This document shows positions 39,990-51,853 of a DNA stretch of 64,000 bases, one piece after another. The stretch covers positions 143,820-207,819 of the forward strand of contig JAWLHY010000015.1 of assembly GCA_041690135.1 (NCBI GenBank), written 5' to 3'. The stretch comes from Armatimonadota bacterium (GTDB lineage: Bacteria; Armatimonadota; SYMT01). A program made the position numbers and the translations under genes. The notes beneath the pieces were generated by a model. The model was not told the DNA's origin. It worked only from the letters and a program-made list of their open reading frames with translations, and searched no databases. Each line of letters begins with the position of its first letter. Positions within the stretch are counted from its first letter, which is position 1.

Positions 39990-40500
39990 TAGAACCGGGG
40001 GTCGCGAGGACCGGGAGTAGAGGGGTGGTCGGGTTGGCGGGGCGGGAGGCGGGGGCAAGGTCGCAAGGCGCCGATGCAATCGGCGAGTCCACACTTGGGA
40101 TCAAGGCGAGGGTGGGGTTGGCGGGACGGGAGGCGGGGGTAGGGTCGCGAGCGCACCGGAATGGCGTCCGGACTTCCGTTGGGTGCACGATGGCGGCTAA
40201 TACTCGGTAACGGGGTTCATACCGAGGGTCGCAAGGATCGGCACCTGAGGGGTGGCAGGATTGGCGGGGCGGGAGGCGGGGGCAGGATCGCCAGGCGCCG
40301 ATGCAATCGGCGAGTCCACACTTGGGGTCAAGGCGAGGATGGGGTTGGCGGGGCGGGAAGCGTGGGGTAGGGTCGCGAAGCGCCGATGCAATCGGCGAAT
40401 CCACACAAATGAACCGGACGGAGACGGGGTTGGCGGGACGGGAGACGGGGCGCGGGTGAGGAGATCCTTAACGCCGTTCAGGACGAGGGCATCCTGAACG
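39990..40500. repeat. BIME-like mosaic sharing the cgccgatgcaatcggcg palindrome with 20860-21320
   Basis: Palindrome at ~40068, 40296, 40381; g.ttggcggg.cggga.gcg units recur about 5 times; gagatcctt..cgttcagga at ~40462. Confidence 0.88.
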
Positions 40501-40733
40501 GCCTGGAGCTACTATGCCGGGAGGGAGTGACCCTCACCACGGCCATTCACCCGCAAATGTACCACTACCGGTTCCGAACGGATGCCTAAGGGGTGTGGGG
40601 AGGTGCCTGTGCAGGTACCGCTTCCCAATACACGGCCGCGCAAGCGCCGGCACTCCGGCAAGCCTCCCTGACCTGGGCGGAGAAGCAGGTTCGTGCCGAG
40701 GGGGCAAAACTACTCAGTAACTCCCCCAAACCC

Positions 40734-41147
40734 TTAGCCGCCGGCGACGCGGATGCGGTTGAGGGCGCGGTTGTGGGCGGCCTCGGCGTCACGGATGGCT
40801 TGCTCGTTGTAGGTGCCCTGGACGGAGCGCATCTGCTCGCGCGACTCGTCCCGCGAGCGCCGGGCACGGTCGAGGTCGATCTCCTCGGCGCGCTCCGCGG
40901 AGTCCGCCAGCACCGTGATGGTATTGTTGAAAATCTGGAGGAAGCCACCGCTGACAGCCAGGCGCACCTCCTCGCCTCCGGACCGGCGGTACCGCAGCTC
41001 GCCGGTCTCCAGTTCACTCAGCAGGGGGGCGTGGTTGGGCAGCACGCCGAAGGAGCCGAGCACCCCGGGGGCAACGAGCGAAGTCGCTTCGTCGCTGACG
41101 ACCACCCGGTCCGGCGTAACGATATCCACGGTAAAGGTTCGTGCCAT
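40734..41147 (-). CDS. atpC: ATP synthase F1 epsilon
   Basis: IVTPDR, G.FGVLPNHAP, VSGGF. Confidence 0.95.
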   Translation of the reverse strand: MARTFTVDIVTPDRVVVSDEATSLVAPGVLGSFGVLPNHAPLLSELETGELRYRRSGGEEVRLAVSGGFLQIFNNTITVLADSAERAEEIDLDRARRSRDESREQMRSVQGTYNEQAIRDAEAAHNRALNRIRVAGG

Positions 41148-41340
41148 ACGTTCGTATTGCGTAATGCGTATTGCGTATTGAGGAAGCTTACGTGCGAGGT
41201 AGGTGCGATCGCAGGGGGACTACCTCGGGTTGATGCATAATCCGTGATGCGTGTTGCGTAAGCTTACGTGCGAAGTGAGTGCGAAAGGCAGTGGCATCGC
41301 GGCGGGCAAGCACTTACTTCGTAATGCGTAATGCGTAAGG
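41148..41340. repeat. Heptamer tandem repeats TGCGT(A/G)(A/T) inside the atp operon
   Basis: cgtattgcgtaatgcgtattgcgtatt; cgtgatgcgtgttgcgtaa; cgtaatgcgtaatgcgtaa; aagcttacgtgcga occurs twice. Confidence 0.85.
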
Positions 41341-41389
41341 ACACCGGACGGGCGGCCCGATGCCCTTACCCAACGCTTGCGCTTGCCGC

Positions 41390-42835
<1,446 letters not shown>

Positions 42836-43714
42836 TTATTTCAAAGCTTCTGCGCCGCTCACGATCTCGGCGATTTCCTTGGTGATCGCGGCCTGGCGCG
42901 CGCGGTTGAGCGTGAGCGTGAGGTTATCGATCATCTGGCCGGCGTTCTCGGTGGCGGCGGTCATGCTCGTCATCCGGGCGCCATGCTCGCTGGCCATCGC
43001 CTCCGCCACCGTGCGGAACACCTGCGTATCCACGTAGCGCGGCAACAAACGACCGAGCAGGTCCTCGGGGGAAGGCTCGAAGATCATCTCGCCACCCCGC
43101 GCCGCCACGTCCTGGACCACTTCCTCGGCTTCTTCCGGAGGCGTCAGCGGCAAGAGCGGCAGAACCGTCGGCACCTGCGTCATGGCGGACTGGAAGCGCT
43201 GGTAGGCGATGTAGACCCCGTCCACCTCGCCGCCCTCGAACATCCGCCGCATCGTCTGCACCAGCGGCTGCACGTCCGCGAAGGTGAGGCTGGTGCCGGT
43301 GCCCAGCGGGTGCGACTCGATCACGGTGTAGGGTTGGCGGCGGAAGAACTGTTGGGCCTTCTTGCCGAGCAGGAGCAGCCGCACGGTCTCGGGATCGCGA
43401 CCGCGCAGGAACTGCGTCGTCTGCCGGAAGAGGTTGGTGTTGTAGCTTCCGCAAAGACCGCGGTCCGAAGAGATCACCAGCAGCGCCACATTCCGCTCTT
43501 CCCGCACCTCGAGGAGCGGGTGGGAGAAGGCCGCACCCGCGGCGGAGAGCTGGCGCATCATCTGCTCCATCTTCTCCGCGTAGGGGCGCGCGGCTTCCAC
43601 CCGGCCCTGGGCCCGCTTGAGGCGGGCCGCGGCCACGAGCTTCATCGCCCGGGTGATCTTCTCGATGTTTTTGACTGTCCGGATCCGGGTCCGGATCTCA
43701 CGCATCGACGCCAT
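42836..43714 (-). CDS. atpG: ATP synthase F1 gamma
   Basis: KITRAMKLVAAA, DRGLCG.YN, RQAAITKEI.EI..GA. Confidence 0.97.
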   Translation of the reverse strand: MASMREIRTRIRTVKNIEKITRAMKLVAAARLKRAQGRVEAARPYAEKMEQMMRQLSAAGAAFSHPLLEVREERNVALLVISSDRGLCGSYNTNLFRQTTQFLRGRDPETVRLLLLGKKAQQFFRRQPYTVIESHPLGTGTSLTFADVQPLVQTMRRMFEGGEVDGVYIAYQRFQSAMTQVPTVLPLLPLTPPEEAEEVVQDVAARGGEMIFEPSPEDLLGRLLPRYVDTQVFRTVAEAMASEHGARMTSMTAATENAGQMIDNLTLTLNRARQAAITKEIAEIVSGAEALK

Positions 43715-43726
43715 TGCGGCTGTTCC

Positions 43727-45241
43727 TTAGCTCTGTGCCTTGAACTGCTGGGTGTATTCCGCACAGGCGCGGTTGAGCGTTTCCTTGGTGTCGCCGGAGA
43801 GCTCGGCCGTGCGCTCCATGTTGGCCACCACTTCCGCGTACCGGTCCCGCATGAACTTGTAGAAGCCATTCTCCCAGTCCTTGACCCGGTTGAGCGGAAG
43901 ATCATCCGCGTAGCCGTTGGTTACGGCGTAGATGATCATGACCGCGTCGGCGTTGGACATCGGCTGGAACTGGTTCTGCTTGAGGATCTCCACGATCCGC
44001 TCACCGCGAGCGAGCTGGGCCTGGGTCGCCTTGTCCAGGTCACTGGCGAACTGGGCGAAGGCCTGCAGCTCCCAGTACTGGGCCAGGTCGAGCTTGAGGC
44101 TACCGGCGACGGACTTCATCGCCTTCGTCTGCGCCTTGGACCCCACGCGGGACACCGACACACCCACGTTAATGGCGGGCCGGATACCGGAGTAGAAAAG
44201 GTCGCTTTCCAGGTAAATCTGCCCGTCCGTAATCGAAATCACGTTGGTGGGGATATAGGCGGACACGTCGCCGGCCTGGGTCTCGATGATGGGGAGTGCC
44301 GTCAGGCTTCCGCCGCCCAGGTCGTCGCTCATCTTGGCCGCGCGCTCCAGCAGGCGGGCGTGGAGATAGAAGACGTCTCCCGGGTACGCCTCGCGCCCCG
44401 GCGGGCGGCGGAGGAGCAGGGACACCTGGCGGTAAGCCACGGCGTGCTTGGAGAGATCATCGTAAACCACCAGGGCGTGCTGGCCGCTGTCGCGGTAGTA
44501 TTCCGCCATCGTGCAGCCGGCATAGGGGCCGATGTACTGCATCGGGGCCGGGTCGGAAGCGGTGGCGGCGATGACGGTGGTGTACTCCATCGCGCCTTCG
44601 CGCTCGAAGATGTCCACGATGGCGCGCACGTTGGAGAGCTTCTGGCCAACGGCCACGTAGAAGCACTTCACACCCGAACCCTTCTGGTTAAGGATGGTGT
44701 CCAGCGCCACGGCGGTCTTGCCGGTACCGCGGTCGCCGATGATCAGTTCGCGCTGGCCGCGGCCGATCGGGATCATCGAGTCGACGCCCTTGAGACCGGT
44801 CAGCAGCGGCTGGTCCACGGGCTGGCGGGCCACCACGCCCGGCGCCTTGATCTCGATGCGGCGGCGGTGCTCGGTGACGATAGGACCCTTGCCGTCGATC
44901 GGCTGCCCGATGGCGTTCACCACACGACCGAGGAGGGCGTCACCCACCGGAACGTCGGCGATGCGGGTCGTCCGCCGGACCGTGTCGCCTTCCTTCACCT
45001 GGGTATCGGAGCCGAAGATAACGACTCCGACGTTGTCCTCTTCCAGGTTCAGAACCATCCCCACGACGCCGTTCGGGAACTCGACCAGTTCGCTGGCCAT
45101 GACGTCCTGGAGGCCATAGATGCGGGCGATACCGTCGCCGACTTCGAGGACGGTCCCGACCCCTACCTGTTCAATTGTGGGGCCAAATCCCTGGAGCTCG
45201 CGCTCCAGGATCGAGGTTACTTCTTCAGGCCTGATCGCCAT
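43727..45241 (-). CDS. atpA: ATP synthase F1 alpha
   Basis: [31 protein letters not shown]. Confidence 0.98.
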   Translation of the reverse strand: MAIRPEEVTSILERELQGFGPTIEQVGVGTVLEVGDGIARIYGLQDVMASELVEFPNGVVGMVLNLEEDNVGVVIFGSDTQVKEGDTVRRTTRIADVPVGDALLGRVVNAIGQPIDGKGPIVTEHRRRIEIKAPGVVARQPVDQPLLTGLKGVDSMIPIGRGQRELIIGDRGTGKTAVALDTILNQKGSGVKCFYVAVGQKLSNVRAIVDIFEREGAMEYTTVIAATASDPAPMQYIGPYAGCTMAEYYRDSGQHALVVYDDLSKHAVAYRQVSLLLRRPPGREAYPGDVFYLHARLLERAAKMSDDLGGGSLTALPIIETQAGDVSAYIPTNVISITDGQIYLESDLFYSGIRPAINVGVSVSRVGSKAQTKAMKSVAGSLKLDLAQYWELQAFAQFASDLDKATQAQLARGERIVEILKQNQFQPMSNADAVMIIYAVTNGYADDLPLNRVKDWENGFYKFMRDRYAEVVANMERTAELSGDTKETLNRACAEYTQQFKAQS

Positions 45242-45272
45242 TGTTTATCTCTCCAGAGGTTCAATCCAAAAC

Positions 45273-45821
45273 TTAAACGGTGCGGCCGGTCGTCAGCCAA
45301 CTCCGAAGCTGGCCCAGCCGCGCCTTCACGCTCCCATCGATAATGGTGTCGCCCATCCGGAGGACCAGTCCACCCATCAGCGAGGGATCGATCGAAACCT
45401 GAAGGGTGACCGTTTTGCCGGTCCTCCGCGAGAGGGCGGCGGCCAGCGCATCGCGCTCGGCATCCGTCATCGGCACGGCGGCGGTCACCTGGACGGGAAG
45501 GATCCGGCGGTGCTCGTTGGCGAGACGCCGGTACTCCTCGTAGATGTCATTCAAAACAGTCTCGCGGCGGCGATCCACCAGCAGGCCCAGGAACCGCAGC
45601 GTCAGCTCGCCTACGCGGTCGGAAAAAGCATGGCGCAGCAACTCGCGCTTCCGGGCTCCCGCCACGGTCGGGGCACGCAGCACCCGCTGCAGGCGGGGAA
45701 CCTCGCGCAGGATCTGATCGACGATCTTCAGGTCATTCTCGACCTCGTCGATCTTACCTTTGCTGGCCGCAGTTTGGAAAAGGGCGTGCGCGTACCGGCG
45801 CACGACGGCAAGTTCCGCCAT
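45273..45821 (-). CDS. atpH: ATP synthase delta
   Basis: RRYA.ALF, DPSLMGG...GD.IIDGS. Confidence 0.95.
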   Translation of the reverse strand: MAELAVVRRYAHALFQTAASKGKIDEVENDLKIVDQILREVPRLQRVLRAPTVAGARKRELLRHAFSDRVGELTLRFLGLLVDRRRETVLNDIYEEYRRLANEHRRILPVQVTAAVPMTDAERDALAAALSRRTGKTVTLQVSIDPSLMGGLVLRMGDTIIDGSVKARLGQLRSWLTTGRTV

Positions 45822-45908
45822 AGCTGTAATGTGGATCTCTAGTCGCGAGAGGAAATCAGCCCGTGATCGTCCCCGTCGACGGCAGGCAAAAAGAACCAGG
45901 GGGACCCG

Positions 45909-46397
45909 TTACGAACGGGTTCCCACCTGCGAAATGAAATCACCGATCAATTCACGATGGACCGCGGGGTTGATCTCGCGCTCCAGGATCTTGCTGGCAG
46001 CCACGACCGCCAGATCGGACATCTCCGAGCGGATCTCCGCGATCGCCTTGCGCCGCTCCTGCTCGATCTCCGAGACGGCCCGATCCTTGAAAGTCGAAGC
46101 CTCTTCTCGAGCGCGGGTAATGATCAACGAAGCCTCTTCCTGGGCCTGCTTCACCGCGCCCGTGATGTGCTCACGCGCTTCGGCTTCGATGTTCGCCAGG
46201 CGCTGCTCGTAGTCCGAACGGGTGCGCTCCATCGCTCGCCGGTCCGCCGCGATCTGCTCCAGCGTGTCCGTGATCTCCTTCTGACGCGTGTCAATGGCGT
46301 TCCCGACCGGCCCGAAGGCGAACTTGGCCATGAACAGCACCAGGAGGATGAACGCGACCGCCTGCATGATGACGGCGACCAGGTTGATATCGAGCAT
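45909..46397 (-). CDS. atpF: ATP synthase Fo b
   Basis: N-terminal TM then coiled coil; operon position. Confidence 0.93.
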   Translation of the reverse strand: MLDINLVAVIMQAVAFILLVLFMAKFAFGPVGNAIDTRQKEITDTLEQIAADRRAMERTRSDYEQRLANIEAEAREHITGAVKQAQEEASLIITRAREEASTFKDRAVSEIEQERRKAIAEIRSEMSDLAVVAASKILEREINPAVHRELIGDFISQVGTRS

Positions 46398-46424
46398 GTC
46401 GCTCTCTCCTCAAAGTACAGGGAA

Positions 46425-46449
46425 GGGGAGAGGGCCGACCCCTCTCCCC
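46425..46449. other. Stem-loop between atpE and atpF
   Basis: ggggagaggg-ccgac-ccctctcccc, no U-tract; possible mRNA stability element (inference). Confidence 0.6.
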
Positions 46450-46463
46450 AGGGTCCGTACCGA

Positions 46464-46769
46464 CTAGCCGCCGGCCGCGCCCGCCGCCTGGATCGCCTGC
46501 ATCACATCGGCGCCGCGCGGGAGGCCGATGACGAAGAGGATGATCAGGCTGACGAGGAGGGCGTAGATCGCGAGGGACTCGATCAGAGCCAGCGCGATAA
46601 TCATGGCCGTCTGGATGCGCCCCGCCGCTTCCGGCTGGCGCGCGATGCCTTCGAGAGCGGCGGCGCCCACGCGACCCTGCGCGAGAGCGGCGCCGATCGC
46701 GGCGATAGCTACACCCAGGCCGCCCGCCAGAGCGAGCAGCGCCAGGTAAAGTCCAAGTGCATTACCCAT
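46464..46769 (-). CDS. atpE: ATP synthase Fo c
   Basis: ARQPEA loop, LIESLAIY carboxylate. Confidence 0.96.
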   Translation of the reverse strand: MGNALGLYLALLALAGGLGVAIAAIGAALAQGRVGAAALEGIARQPEAAGRIQTAMIIALALIESLAIYALLVSLIILFVIGLPRGADVMQAIQAAGAAGG

Positions 46770-46813
46770 CGTTTGTGTCTCCTTAAGGTAAACGCTGCGA
46801 GAAAGGTTCGAAA

Positions 46814-48319
46814 TTACGCATGCGCGGGCGCCGCTTCGTGAGCGTGCCCATGGTCGTGGTCGTGGCCATGGGCGCCGTGCTCACCGTGGTGGCCGCCATG
46901 GTCCTCGTGGGTTGTCATCAGCGCGATGTAAACGCATGTGAGAATGCTGAATACCATCGCCTGGACAAAGCTGGTAAACAGGGCCAGGAACAACATCGGG
47001 AACTGGAAGGGCACGAGCCCTTTCGTGAACATCACCCCCAGGCTGAGCAGGATGACGATGACCACGTCTTCCCCAAAGATGTTGCCGAAAAGTCGGATCG
47101 TGAGCGAAAGGACCTTCGCGAACTCGCCGATGACGTGGATGGGTACGTTGAGCGGCCCCAGCCACCACGGGTCACCCACGAAGTGCATGAAGTAGCCCTT
47201 CAACCCGTTGACGCGGATCCCCTCGATCTGGACGTAGGTCACCACCACGATCGCGAGCCCTGCCGCGACGTTGATGTTCGCCGTGGGACTCGCCCAGCCC
47301 GGGAGCATCCCGGCGATGTTCATGATGAAGACGTAGATGAACACCGTTCCTACGAGCGGCAGATACTTCTTGTAGTGGGGACCGATAAGGCCCGCGGTGA
47401 AACCGTCGAGCCCGCCGTAAATCATCTCCAACACCGTCTGGCGGCGGCTCGGCAGGCGCGCCAGGTTCCGCGTCAGCAGGAACGTCACCACCGCGATCGT
47501 CAGCGCGGTCAGCAGCGAAATCACCAGCAGTTCCGGGAACATGCCCTCGCGAGCGAAGGCCACCGTCGGCTGGAGCAGTGTGACCTGCTGGCCGTTCACC
47601 TCGATCGTCGCGCGTTCCATGTTTCCCGTGGGAGTCGCACTGCCGATCGAGCCGATCACCGGCTGGATGTGATACTCCGGCTTGGGGGTGGCGTGGGCGT
47701 GGTGATCCTCGTAGGTGTACTCGACCCGCTGGCCCGCAAGCGCCTGGATCTCCTCGGCGCTCAACGGCTCACCGGCCGGACCCACCGCCCCGGCCGCGTT
47801 GATGGTAGCCGGTCCGGCGTACCAGAACCGCTTCATCGGACCGTAGATCCACGAAGGCAGGTGGATGCTGAACTCTTCCTGATGCTCCCCTTCGCCGTGG
47901 GCGCCCTCACCGTGGGCGCCCTCACCGTGAGCACCTTCGGTCCCGTGAGCGCCTTCCGCGCCATGGCCCGGCTGCTCCCCGATTTCGTGAACACCGCCCT
48001 GGGGGCCATGCTGACCGCCGGGGCCTGGTTCTTCCGCACCCTGATGCGAGCCACGCTCCGAAGGGATCGTGACGGAGGTCTCGGCAGGAGTGGTAGTCGT
48101 GGGCGAATGTTCGCCCGCGGGGGCGTGCTCGCCCGCCGGCGCGGTGGCAGCCGGAGCGTGCTCGCCCGCCGGCGCCGTTCCGTGCTCCTGTGCGGGAGCC
48201 GGTCGCAGCCAGAGCGCGATGGCGAGGACGACCGCAGTCGCCGAAAGGGCGTTGCGGAGGGAACTTCTCAGCCCCGCCCGCGCGCCTGATTCAGTTGTAG
48301 GGGAGTTGCGACGCTTCAT
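46814..48319 (-). CDS. atpB: ATP synthase Fo a with long N-terminal extension
   Basis: [31 protein letters not shown] in C-terminal half; start uncertain. Confidence 0.92.
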   Translation of the reverse strand: MKRRNSPTTESGARAGLRSSLRNALSATAVVLAIALWLRPAPAQEHGTAPAGEHAPAATAPAGEHAPAGEHSPTTTTPAETSVTIPSERGSHQGAEEPGPGGQHGPQGGVHEIGEQPGHGAEGAHGTEGAHGEGAHGEGAHGEGEHQEEFSIHLPSWIYGPMKRFWYAGPATINAAGAVGPAGEPLSAEEIQALAGQRVEYTYEDHHAHATPKPEYHIQPVIGSIGSATPTGNMERATIEVNGQQVTLLQPTVAFAREGMFPELLVISLLTALTIAVVTFLLTRNLARLPSRRQTVLEMIYGGLDGFTAGLIGPHYKKYLPLVGTVFIYVFIMNIAGMLPGWASPTANINVAAGLAIVVVTYVQIEGIRVNGLKGYFMHFVGDPWWLGPLNVPIHVIGEFAKVLSLTIRLFGNIFGEDVVIVILLSLGVMFTKGLVPFQFPMLFLALFTSFVQAMVFSILTCVYIALMTTHEDHGGHHGEHGAHGHDHDHGHAHEAAPAHA

Positions 48320-48392
48320 GAAACTGTCGGCGATGTTCTTGCGTGTGGTTAACCACACAAAATCTGTCGGTCCGGCGACCCCACCAGTTATA

Positions 48393-48845
48393 TCACCGGT
48401 ATCTTTCGCGATTCCTGTCCTGGTTGGCTACCGCAGTGGCAATCACCGAAACCAACATCGTTCCGTGCACCAGCAGGGCCCCCAGGACCACCGCAAAGAT
48501 GTTGATCAGGCCCCGGTCACCCGCCCACGCGATTCCGAGCAGCCCCACCAAAAGGAAGGGCAGCTTGAGGCAGGCGCCGATGGCCAGCTTGAGCGCGGAA
48601 TTCCGCCCCCCGTTAAAGAGGAACTTGACCGTCAACTCGATGGTCCAGAGGCTAAAGAGGCCGACACCGGCCCCACAGATCACCCCTGCGGCCGCGGCCC
48701 GGTGCTCGAATCCGAGCAACAACAGGGCCGCCAGAATTGTCAACTGTGTTGAACGCTTATACACCCCAGCAAAAAACTGTCGATCCAACCCCTGGGACCA
48801 GAAGTCCCACTCCTGCTGGGGCGCCTGCGGAAACTGCATGTCCAT
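48393..48845 (-). CDS. ATP synthase protein I-like membrane protein
   Basis: Four hydrophobic helices directly upstream of atpB. Confidence 0.7.
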   Translation of the reverse strand: MDMQFPQAPQQEWDFWSQGLDRQFFAGVYKRSTQLTILAALLLLGFEHRAAAAGVICGAGVGLFSLWTIELTVKFLFNGGRNSALKLAIGACLKLPFLLVGLLGIAWAGDRGLINIFAVVLGALLVHGTMLVSVIATAVANQDRNRERYR

Positions 48846-48895
48846 CTAAAAAACTGCTCTGCCTCGAAATCCTTTGAATCCGTAGTCCAGGTCCG

Positions 48896-49180
48896 CTATG
48901 TATCGGTGTTCCGATTCCGTCTTCGCTCTTCGGCTTCCGCGGCATCCTGCTCGCGCCCCGCCCGGATTACCGCCTGGATCAACTGCTTGAAACCTGCGGC
49001 CACCCCGACCAGAGTGAAGATGATCACCCAGAAGCTCGTCCCGAACCTGCGATCCAACCAGATCCCGATCGCCACCCCGATCGCTACGGAGAGGGCGAGG
49101 GTTAAACCTACCGAACTCAGGCTCGCTGCCAGCCGCCAAGACCGGTAGTCCGGTCGCCGGGGGCCGCGAGGCTCGCTCAT
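48896..49180 (-). CDS. AtpZ/AtpI-family protein
   Basis: G...G.WLDRRFGT....IIF.L.G..AGF motif. Confidence 0.88.
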   Translation of the reverse strand: MSEPRGPRRPDYRSWRLAASLSSVGLTLALSVAIGVAIGIWLDRRFGTSFWVIIFTLVGVAAGFKQLIQAVIRAGREQDAAEAEERRRNRNTDT

Positions 49181-50934
49181 TTCCCTAACTCAAAGCGGTC
49201 GTGCAGTGCGCGAACCGCCTTTGGTGCGTCGTCCGTGCGCACGAGACACGAAACCGTGCCCTCCGAATCCGCCATCTGCAGCATGCCGATCCCCTGATCG
49301 TGCAAGGTGCGCGCGATCTCGAAGAGAAAACCCGGTTCCTCCCACATATTGAGCGCGACTACCGACACCATTTCGCAATTCTCGGCGAGCTCGTAAGCAA
49401 GGCCGCGCGCATTCAGGATGGCTTCCACTTTCCGTGCGAAGGCCTGGTCGACGATGAAGCTCGAGGTCAGCGGCCCGATGCTGTTCAGATAGAAGTTGAC
49501 GCCGGCATCGCCGATGGTCTGGTACACCTCGTATTCGGTGCGAGCCCGGTTCGCCGGATCTCCGAACTCGACGGTGAAGTAGACCAGCTTGGAAATGGTC
49601 GCCACACCGGTCACGGCGCGCTTCACCGGCGGCTCGATCGCCGCCAACGGCGCGACCAGCGTACCGGGAGCCCGGATAAAGCTCGACTTCACCCAGAGCG
49701 GAATCTGGTGCAGCATCGCGACTTCCGCGGCGCGCGGGTGCAGCACCTTGGCGCCCTGGTGGGCCATGTTGCAGACCTCTTCGTAGGTCACCATCGAAAG
49801 CGTGCGCGCGTCCGGCACCACTTCCGGGTCGGCAGTCATCACCCCGTCCACGTGGGTGTAGATCTCGACCTTTTCCGCGCCGAGCGCCGCCCCGAGCGCG
49901 GAAGCGGTCGTGTCGCTGCCGCCGCGGCCCAGGGTCGTGATCGCCCCCTGGTCGGTAACCCCCTGGAAGCCGGCGACCACCACCGCATCCACCCGGTCCT
50001 CGTAGAGCAACTGCTCGATGTAAGTGGGGTTGATGTCGATGATTTGCGCGTCGCCGTAGCGGTAATCCGTGAGAATTCCCGCCTGGCCGCCGCTAAGCGC
50101 CACCGCCCGCAGGCCGAGCGTCTTCAATGTTTGCGCCATAATGACGGTGGAGATCAACTCTCCGCACGCCATCAGCATGTCCCGCTCGCGGGCTTCCGGC
50201 TCGGTATCCGGGTCCACCGCGTTCAGGTGCGAGAGCAGGGTATCCGTGGCATACGGCTCGCCCATCCGGCCGATGGCCGAGACCACCACCACAGGGCGAT
50301 ACCCTTCTTCGATCGCTTCCTTCACCCGCTCGGCCGCGAGCTTGCGGGCCTCGGCGGTGCCGACGGAACGCCCGCCGAACTTCTGCACCACGATCCGCGG
50401 AGGCGGCGGTTGGACCTGGAACTCCTGGCAGAGGGCTTCGACCGCGGTCGGCGCCAGGCCCGATTCGACCAGCACGAAAACGGTATCCGGACCGTCTCCG
50501 GTCTGGACAATCGGCACGTTCGCCCGGAGCAGGGCGCCCGCGATCCGTGACATCACACCGCTGAGCCCACGCATCGCGGCCGCGTAGACACTGACCATCG
50601 AAACCGAAGGGGTGACCGTGGCATCGAAGCCAGCCTGGGCCAGCGCGTCGAGGGCGGCCTGAAGCTCCACTTCCTCCACCACGAAGCTGAGGCTCTGGCG
50701 GTGCAGTTTGACCAGGTTGATGCTAACCTTCCCCTCGGTGAGGATCCGGTAGACTTCCAACTCCTGAGCCGTACGCGGCCGATTCGCAGCAAGGGGAACG
50801 AGGAGATGGGCATACGCACCGCGGGCGGTTACGGAAGTGACTCCACGCTCCTTTTCAAAGGGCGCTCGCGGCGGTTTCCCGGCCGGCGTGCGAAGTCGAT
50901 TCACCGCCTCATCTGCAATCACAAAATGCTCCAA
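49177..50934 (-). CDS. Aspartate kinase (DapG-like) with extra N-terminal ACT-ACT module
   Basis: VQKFGG.SV, VVSA.GR.GEPYATD, TTLGRGGSD, DGVMTADP, GAKVLHPR; ACT pairs at both ends. Confidence 0.9.
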   Translation of the reverse strand: MEHFVIADEAVNRLRTPAGKPPRAPFEKERGVTSVTARGAYAHLLVPLAANRPRTAQELEVYRILTEGKVSINLVKLHRQSLSFVVEEVELQAALDALAQAGFDATVTPSVSMVSVYAAAMRGLSGVMSRIAGALLRANVPIVQTGDGPDTVFVLVESGLAPTAVEALCQEFQVQPPPPRIVVQKFGGRSVGTAEARKLAAERVKEAIEEGYRPVVVVSAIGRMGEPYATDTLLSHLNAVDPDTEPEARERDMLMACGELISTVIMAQTLKTLGLRAVALSGGQAGILTDYRYGDAQIIDINPTYIEQLLYEDRVDAVVVAGFQGVTDQGAITTLGRGGSDTTASALGAALGAEKVEIYTHVDGVMTADPEVVPDARTLSMVTYEEVCNMAHQGAKVLHPRAAEVAMLHQIPLWVKSSFIRAPGTLVAPLAAIEPPVKRAVTGVATISKLVYFTVEFGDPANRARTEYEVYQTIGDAGVNFYLNSIGPLTSSFIVDQAFARKVEAILNARGLAYELAENCEMVSVVALNMWEEPGFLFEIARTLHDQGIGMLQMADSEGTVSCLVRTDDAPKAVRALHDRFELGK

Positions 50935-51021
50935 ACGGGTAGGAGTTTGCGACCCAAAAAACCGGTCGCAACGTGCCTTTCCTGAACCCGCCGTAGTGTA
51001 TCATGGGGGGTGGTACGCGCC

Positions 51022-51070
51022 AAGTGCTTTTTTTCACAAGCGTTTTGAGTACTTGTGACTGTTTTCACAA
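51022..51070. promoter_or_regulatory. Tandem CRP/Rex-like operator in divergent promoter region
   Basis: TTGTGA-ctgttt-TCACAA at 51053-51070; weaker site 51022-51039; ttttcacaagcg repeated 31 bp apart. Confidence 0.6.
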
Positions 51071-51108
51071 GCGGTAAGAATTCGATGGAAGAGACACCGA
51101 CGAAGCCG

Positions 51109-51390
51109 ATGTTTGAGGACCGTACCCTGCCCTGTAAGGAATGCGGTGGGACGTTCGTTTTCACTGCCCGGGAGCAGGAGTTCTATCAGTCGAAGGGGTT
51201 CGAAAACGAGCCGAACCGGTGCCCGGAGTGCCGGAACGCCCGCCGGGGCGGCAGACGCCCCCAGCGGGAGGTTTCGGAGATCGTGTGCGCGGGGTGCGGG
51301 ATCACGACGGAGGTACCGTTCCGCGCCACGGGGGCGAAGCCGCTGTACTGCCGGGAGTGCTATGGGGTGCGCTCCGGGAGCGCGGATTAG
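51109..51390 (+). CDS. Zinc-ribbon / CxxC-x17-CxxC domain protein
   Basis: MFEDRTL.C.ECG..FVFTA.EQEFY..KGF.NEP.RC..CR and C..CG...VPF.....P.YC.EC. Confidence 0.93.
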   Translation: MFEDRTLPCKECGGTFVFTAREQEFYQSKGFENEPNRCPECRNARRGGRRPQREVSEIVCAGCGITTEVPFRATGAKPLYCRECYGVRSGSAD

Positions 51391-51853
51391 GACAAAGGTC
51401 ACGATGAGGAGGGCGGCGGCGGCAAGGGTTCGGGTTATATCGCGTCGGAGAGCTGGGTTGGCGCTTTGACACAGACTACACGGGAAGGCACGTCGCCGGT
51501 CTTGGCGCATTGGCGGCCGTAATGCATTGAGGTGGGTTATCCCGAGGCAGGTGCAAGGTACGCCAATTCCTGACCGCCGACACACGAGGGATTGGAAATC
51601 ACCTCGCTGGACTATGCGTCCTCGCGGACGCGAGAACCTCTTGACCTGCCTCGTTACGCGTGGACCCGTTCGGGAGACCGGGTCCGGCTGCGCGAGCGAA
51701 CCGCGCGGCGTTCCGAGATGCGCTACAGTGAACCCAACCCCGTGCCAGCCCGGGTTTTACGCATCACACATCACGCCCAACCACCGTCTGCCGTATTCGT
51801 CCTGTCCCCGGTCTACTCCTGACACGAGGTAGAGGCCCCTGGTGCAACCCGCC

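Noticed and set aside
42983-45343. 786-aa plus-strand ORF (also 25399-27159, 54844-57126, 46820-48289 and similar)
   Set aside because: Antisense shadows of well-supported genes, expected at high GC
50935-51108. Lysine riboswitch or T-box upstream of aspartokinase
   Set aside because: Short divergent region without the conserved motifs
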